Shown here: positions 59,119-64,000 of the stretch, one piece after another | Position numbering within the stretch: the stretch's first letter is position 1 | Layout: the number at the start of each line of letters is the position of its first letter | Assembly: GCA_963675665.1 (NCBI GenBank) | Contig: OY776510.1 | Coordinates: 448,001-512,000 of the forward strand | Origin: Spirochaetia bacterium | Lineage (GTDB): Bacteria; Spirochaetota; Spirochaetia; UBA9216 | Length of the DNA stretch: 64,000 bases | Reading direction: 5' to 3' | Position numbers and translations under genes: made by a program | Notes under the pieces: generated by a model | Seen by the model: the letters and a program-made list of their open reading frames with translations, nothing else | What the model was told of the DNA's origin: nothing | Databases searched by the model: none

Positions 59119-61222
59119 TTCCAAATATCTCCAGATGTGCATCGAATTCCGGAAGGAATCGTCCGCTTCTTCCGCTTTCAAACTGCACTATTACATAAAC
59201 ATGTTCGCCGGCCGTTCCGCTTTTTGCTATAACCCCGCTGCCGTAATCTTCATGATAAACCGGTGTTCCCGGTTTGTAGCCGGTAGCCTGTCCCACCGAA
59301 ATATCACGACTTCCGGCAAAACCCGATCCACCGGCGTCAATTACTTCCGCATGTTCCCCGGGTATCTCGGCCAGAAACATGGACGGACCGAAATACTGCG
59401 TTCGCCCCCAGATTCGGCGGCTTCTGCAGGAAGTAAGGTAAAGCTCATTTCTTGCCCGGGTTATGCTTACATAAAAAATACGGCGCTCTTCCTCAAGTTC
59501 CTCGGGCCCTTCTTCCCGGCCTGAAGGGAAAAGCCCTTCTTCCATGCCTGTTATTATAACACGGTCGAACTCAAGACCCTTGGTATTATGCATCGTTATC
59601 AGCGTAACTGCATTTTCGTCGTCATCCCGGCTGCTTCTGCTATTCCGCCCGACAGCTTCACGATCAAGCTCAAGCTCTTCAAGAAAAAGCGCAAGTGCAG
59701 TCCTTCCGTCGCCGTAGCCCGAAGAAGCCGATACAAGCTCGTTAAGGTTGTTTTTTTTCGCAGAAGCAGTCATTTCATCTTTTTTTGTATAATGATCAAG
59801 AAGACACGATTCATTTATCAGCTCGGATATAAACTCTGCAAGAGGCATCCTGTCGATATTTTCGTCCATAAACTTAAAAAGCCCGCAAAAGGCTGCAAAA
59901 CCATCGGCGGCTTTCGGTGAAAGTTTTATTTCAGCGCCGGCTTCAATCAAACCGCAGCCGTGCGTGTCTGCTTCAGCGATCATCCTGTTCATGGTAACTT
60001 TTCCGATACCGCGCGGAGGTTTGTTAATAATACGGGTAAACGCCACCGCATCATCGGGGTTAAGCAGAAGAGATAGAAGCGCTATGACATCCTTTATCTC
60101 CTCACGCTCGAGAAACCTCAGCGCGCCGACTATCCGGTAAGGTATATCAAGCCTCGAAAAACATGTTTCAAAACTCATCGACTGCGCATTGGTCCGGTAT
60201 AGAATTGCCGTGCCCTTCAGGTTTCCGTCTTCAAGCAGTCCGGCGCAGAAATCTGCCTCGGCAGCCTGATTGTCCAGGTAGACAATTTTAGCCCGGGGAC
60301 CGTCCTTTCTTTCAGTCCAGAGTTTTTTGCCGAGCCGGTTTGTATTGTTGGCAACAACATCAGAAGCAATCTCAAGTATCGGAGCCGTTGATCGGTAATT
60401 CTGCTCCAGGCGGATAATTTTCGTATCATTAAACTGTTCCGGAAAAGAAAGAATATTCTGAACCTCGGCGCCGCGGAATTTATAAATCGACTGATCATCA
60501 TCTCCGACGACACAGATTGAATTTCCCTCGCCTGAAAGCTGTTTAAGCAGTTCAAACTGGGCAACATTCGAATCCTGGTATTCATCAACCATAATTACCC
60601 GGAACCTCTGCCTGATGCGTCGCCGTATTTCGATGTCCGCCTTTAACAATTCAACCGGCCGCATAATCAAACCGCCGAAATCGAGATTTCCTATTGATCT
60701 GAGCCTGTTTTCATACAACCGGTAAACATCGGCAAAATCCGGAACGGTGGTAATCATGGACAGATCATCTTCAGGCGAAAGGCAATAATCCTTGGCGCGG
60801 CTTATCCAGGCGGCGTACGGAGCCAGTTTTTTCTTCGTCTTGGCCGGAAAGATCGTCTGGAGCAGGCTGACGGAGTCGTCGTCGTCATAAATTGAAAAAC
60901 TCTGTTTTAAATCCTGTGTCAGATGGGCGTTTGTTCTCATCAACCATGCGCCGAATGAATGAAAAGTCCGTATCATAACCGCGGCGCCGGAACCCGGAAC
61001 CATAGCCTCAACACGTTCACGCATTTCGCCGGCGGCCTTGTTTGTAAAGGTCACCGCAAGAATCGAGCGCGGGTTGAGTTTTTTCTGATCAATCAGCCAT
61101 GCAATCCGGGTTGTTATAACACGCGTTTTGCCTGAACCGGCCCCGGCCAGAATCAGAAGCGACGGACCTTCATGGGTTGCCGCTTCCAGTTGCACGGGGT
61201 TAAGAGAAGATAGATAATCCAT
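59102..61222 (-). CDS. pcrA: ATP-dependent DNA helicase PcrA/UvrD
   Basis: AGAGSGKT, TFTNKAA, VDEYQD, GDDDQSIY.FRGA, QNYRS, KGLEF, EERR.FYV..TRA. Confidence 0.96.
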   Translation of the reverse strand: MDYLSSLNPVQLEAATHEGPSLLILAGAGSGKTRVITTRIAWLIDQKKLNPRSILAVTFTNKAAGEMRERVEAMVPGSGAAVMIRTFHSFGAWLMRTNAHLTQDLKQSFSIYDDDDSVSLLQTIFPAKTKKKLAPYAAWISRAKDYCLSPEDDLSMITTVPDFADVYRLYENRLRSIGNLDFGGLIMRPVELLKADIEIRRRIRQRFRVIMVDEYQDSNVAQFELLKQLSGEGNSICVVGDDDQSIYKFRGAEVQNILSFPEQFNDTKIIRLEQNYRSTAPILEIASDVVANNTNRLGKKLWTERKDGPRAKIVYLDNQAAEADFCAGLLEDGNLKGTAILYRTNAQSMSFETCFSRLDIPYRIVGALRFLEREEIKDVIALLSLLLNPDDAVAFTRIINKPPRGIGKVTMNRMIAEADTHGCGLIEAGAEIKLSPKAADGFAAFCGLFKFMDENIDRMPLAEFISELINESCLLDHYTKKDEMTASAKKNNLNELVSASSGYGDGRTALALFLEELELDREAVGRNSRSSRDDDENAVTLITMHNTKGLEFDRVIITGMEEGLFPSGREEGPEELEEERRIFYVSITRARNELYLTSCRSRRIWGRTQYFGPSMFLAEIPGEHAEVIDAGGSGFAGSRDISVGQATGYKPGTPVYHEDYGSGVIAKSGTAGEHVYVIVQFESGRSGRFLPEFDAHLEIFGNDEWN

Positions 61223-61751
61223 CGCTCCATGTTGAAGTATTGATGGTTTAATGTCAACGCTATAAAAAACATCATTATTACTCTATTCAATAATGATTCT
61301 TACAAATAATGCACTAATAAATATTAAGAATCCTTAAAGGTTTTTCATACGTCTTCTTTATTAAAAAGACACTATTTATTAAAATAAAAACACACCACAG
61401 AAAAAGCATCAACTCACTTTTCAGAACACAATAATTAATAGTGCTCCAGATAATAAACGTGAAATAATAATTTGAATAAATATACAGAAAAATCCAAAGA
61501 TTAATGAAACATATTCAATTTTTTCATTTATGGCAATAACTGTTTCCGATGGATTCTAATAAGCAATACAAACATGTTTAAAAGTTCAATATTTTTAGAC
61601 CTCCTTATATTTATTCATTGACTTTTATTAATTTCTTTATTTTCTCCAATAGACAATTTGTTATAACTCTTGTACTATTATAATTATTTTCTTTTTGTTG
61701 AAATGAAAACATGGTATACTGATGGTATCCCATTTTCTAGGAGTACTTAAT

Positions 61752-62399
61752 ATGTTCGAGGATAAAGAACTTAAATCGGATATAGTATACCATAAATTAA
61801 AAGATATGATAATAGAAAACCAGCTAACACAGGGAAATCCGTTATCAGAAAGAAAACTATGTACTATGCTTGAAACAAGCAGAACTCCGGTACGTGAAGC
61901 ATTGAAAAGACTACACAGCGAAGGTTTTGTCGATTTCACACCAAAATACGGCGCTTTTGTTTCAAAAGTTACATACGATCAGGTCCTACAGGTTTATGAC
62001 ATAAGAGAAATGATGGAAGCTCTTGCTGCAAAATCTTTTACCCAAACAACTAACGAAATAGAACTGAAAACCCTGAATGATATATTCGATAAACTTGAGC
62101 AATCCACGAATGCACATAAATTTAAAGAGAGCCTCGAGATAGATCTTAAATTTCACCATTTCATAATGGAGCGATGCAGAAATGAAATGCTTCTTAAATA
62201 TTTAAAATCAATTTTTGAACACATCGATAGAATTATAAAACTTACTCATTACAGCGATGAATGGGCCTTTGAATCAATCGAATATCATAGAAATATTTTA
62301 GAGAAAATCAACAGTAGAGATGCAGAGGGCGTTGAGATCGAAATGAGAAAACATGTAAGAGCCAGCAAAAAAAGGCAACTCGAAAACTGGATGGGTTAA
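61752..62399 (+). CDS. GntR/FadR-family (FCD) regulator
   Basis: LSERKL...SRTPVREAL..L, D..FH...N; AGGAG before ATG 61752. Confidence 0.92.
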   Translation: MFEDKELKSDIVYHKLKDMIIENQLTQGNPLSERKLCTMLETSRTPVREALKRLHSEGFVDFTPKYGAFVSKVTYDQVLQVYDIREMMEALAAKSFTQTTNEIELKTLNDIFDKLEQSTNAHKFKESLEIDLKFHHFIMERCRNEMLLKYLKSIFEHIDRIIKLTHYSDEWAFESIEYHRNILEKINSRDAEGVEIEMRKHVRASKKRQLENWMG

Positions 62400-62519
62400 G
62401 AAAAAATCTGAAAACTACAAACAAGAAAAAAAATTAAAATGGAATTATAAAGAAAGTTAACTGATTGTTGTAAACTAAGTTCAAAATATTAGATCTCAGA
62501 AAAGAGGAGCATGTTTTAT

Positions 62520-62638
62520 CAAAGATGAGCCATGATGCACGCGAATGGAAACCATCAATGAACCGCTTTCAGATTGAATATAGAGATCGTTTCTCTGAAG
62601 AATAAAAATTGCAGTTACATAAAATTATTTACAGGCTC
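62520..62638 (+). mobile_element. IS256-family remnant (transposase C-terminus and right end)
   Basis: REWKPSMNRFQIEYRDRFSEE* then GCAGTTACATAAAATTATTTACAGGCTC, resembling recalled IS256 ends. Confidence 0.7.
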
Positions 62639-62767
62639 TCATATGATAATACGTCATTCTGGAAAACTTCGCCTTTTGATCTAATTATTGAATATATGAG
62701 CTTCCAGCTCCTTTAGAACCCAATCTGTATCGAATTTAAAATATAATTATTTCAATATCTAACTATT

Positions 62768-63595
62768 TCACAGACTTTCTGCAAAGGCCTCGAGTTTTTT
62801 CATACATAAAACTGCTGCTTCATCAGTATTCATTGAGTATATACCATCATCAAATAATTCCAGTGAATAAAAACCTTTATAGCCTTTCTTTTCTGCTTGC
62901 TTTAACCATTCAGCAACATCTGCTATCCCCTCACCAGGGAAGCATCTTGTTTTTGCCACATGCAACTGTTCTCTCGGTATATTTGGCGTATCGTCAATAT
63001 GGACCATTCCAATTTCAGCATTCATGTCAAACAACTGGGCCGCACATAGAGTGTTATAATAGAGATTATGTATATCAGGTACGATACGAACAGAATATAG
63101 TTCTTCTCCATATAGAACATCATTAACCTCTTCAGGGGTACCTACAATAAATTCCGGATAGGAAATCGGCTCAAACATTGTTTCTATTCCGTAACTATCC
63201 AAAATGTTTTTTACGATACCCATTCTATCCCTATATAGTTTAATCAATTCTTTATACTCAGGAAGTTCTCCATATTTATTATTCCATCGCCCTGATGGAG
63301 CTACAACAGCCGGGCACTCGACCTGACGACACAGTTCCCCTAAAAGAACAGTTTCAGTTTCCAATACCTTTAAATTTTCCTTAGGTACAAGAAAAATATC
63401 TTCAAATGCATTCAGGGTGAGTATTTCCAAACCTTTACATTGTTTTCTGAGCTCCGTGGTTGTTACAAACCGCAGTGCATCCTTCAATTTTATATAGCTG
63501 ATTTCTACAGCCTTAAAACCTGCCTTCTTGCAGGCAGACAGATAGTCAGGTAAATCACACTGAAATATTGTATTTTCATTCACAGCCCATTTCAT
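62768..63595 (-). CDS. Sugar phosphate isomerase/epimerase (AP endonuclease 2 / IolI-like TIM barrel)
   Basis: AGFKAVEI, FEPI, PDIHN, VHIDD, R.FPGEG, YSLELF. Confidence 0.88.
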   Translation of the reverse strand: MKWAVNENTIFQCDLPDYLSACKKAGFKAVEISYIKLKDALRFVTTTELRKQCKGLEILTLNAFEDIFLVPKENLKVLETETVLLGELCRQVECPAVVAPSGRWNNKYGELPEYKELIKLYRDRMGIVKNILDSYGIETMFEPISYPEFIVGTPEEVNDVLYGEELYSVRIVPDIHNLYYNTLCAAQLFDMNAEIGMVHIDDTPNIPREQLHVAKTRCFPGEGIADVAEWLKQAEKKGYKGFYSLELFDDGIYSMNTDEAAVLCMKKLEAFAESL

Positions 63596-63659
63596 GAATT
63601 AATCCTTTATTTAAGATTTGAAAACAGGACGGCTTCGCTTAGCATCAGCCGCCCTGAAA

Positions 63660-64000
63660 TTAGAAGGTCAACATTACTTTTCGGGCAATATCTTTATGAT
63701 GCACCGCCATATCAAAAGCATCGTGTATTTTCTCAAAAGGGAAATGATGCGTATTCAGTGCGGCAAAATCATATTTATCTTTTATAGTAGACATAAATCT
63801 TATTGTTCTAGGAAACCAGAGCTTAGTCCCCCCTGATCCCCGGATGGTCAGGGTTTTCCATATTATCTTACCCAATTCCACAGGAACTTTTCTCCCTATC
63901 GAATGACCGATAACTCCTATTCTTGCATTATGGGCAGAGATATCAAAAATCGAGGCAATGCCTACATCATTACCTGAACATTCAATGACAACGGAAGCGC
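63660..64000 (-). CDS. Zinc-binding dehydrogenase, C-terminal part (runs off window end)
   Basis: VIECSG...ARIGVIG, LTIRGS, THHFPFEKIHDAF, KVMLTF. Confidence 0.85.
   Translation of the reverse strand, partial: ASVVIECSGNDVGIASIFDISAHNARIGVIGHSIGRKVPVELGKIIWKTLTIRGSGGTKLWFPRTIRFMSTIKDKYDFAALNTHHFPFEKIHDAFDMAVHHKDIARKVMLTF

Overview
A 64-kb chromosomal segment from a free-living-type spirochaete (class Spirochaetia, inferred from an FlcA-like flagellar collar protein, FAxGxxE-type signal peptides and the rplM-rpsI-recX order). Housekeeping genes include feoAAB, ogt, cobO, a glutathione peroxidase, thpR, azlCD, ssb, ilvE, a dpp/opp ABC operon, eno, acyP, recX, rpsI, rplM and pcrA/uvrD. Several small regulator-led operons (TetR, PadR, YtrA) have readable palindromic operators, and there are two accessory catabolic blocks (~47-54.8 kb and >61.3 kb). 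The standout is an intact IS110-family element (~24009-25390). Its left non-coding end folds into a two-loop bridge-type RNA whose guides can be read from the sequence and spell an idealised ribosome-binding site plus start codon (TTTAGGAGTAAAAATG). The element sits in the Shine-Dalgarno of a gene, directly behind a sigma-54 promoter probably controlled by the adjacent two-component system. Other oddities: a ProRS homolog that appears to lack key proline-binding and editing residues, many apparently leaderless genes, a pseudo-histidine kinase, a hairpin tandem array that supplies the end of a SEC-C gene, a 120-bp coding VNTR in flcA, an IS256 scar and a flavodoxin pseudogene. Protein calls rest on motif recognition only; no database searches were run.
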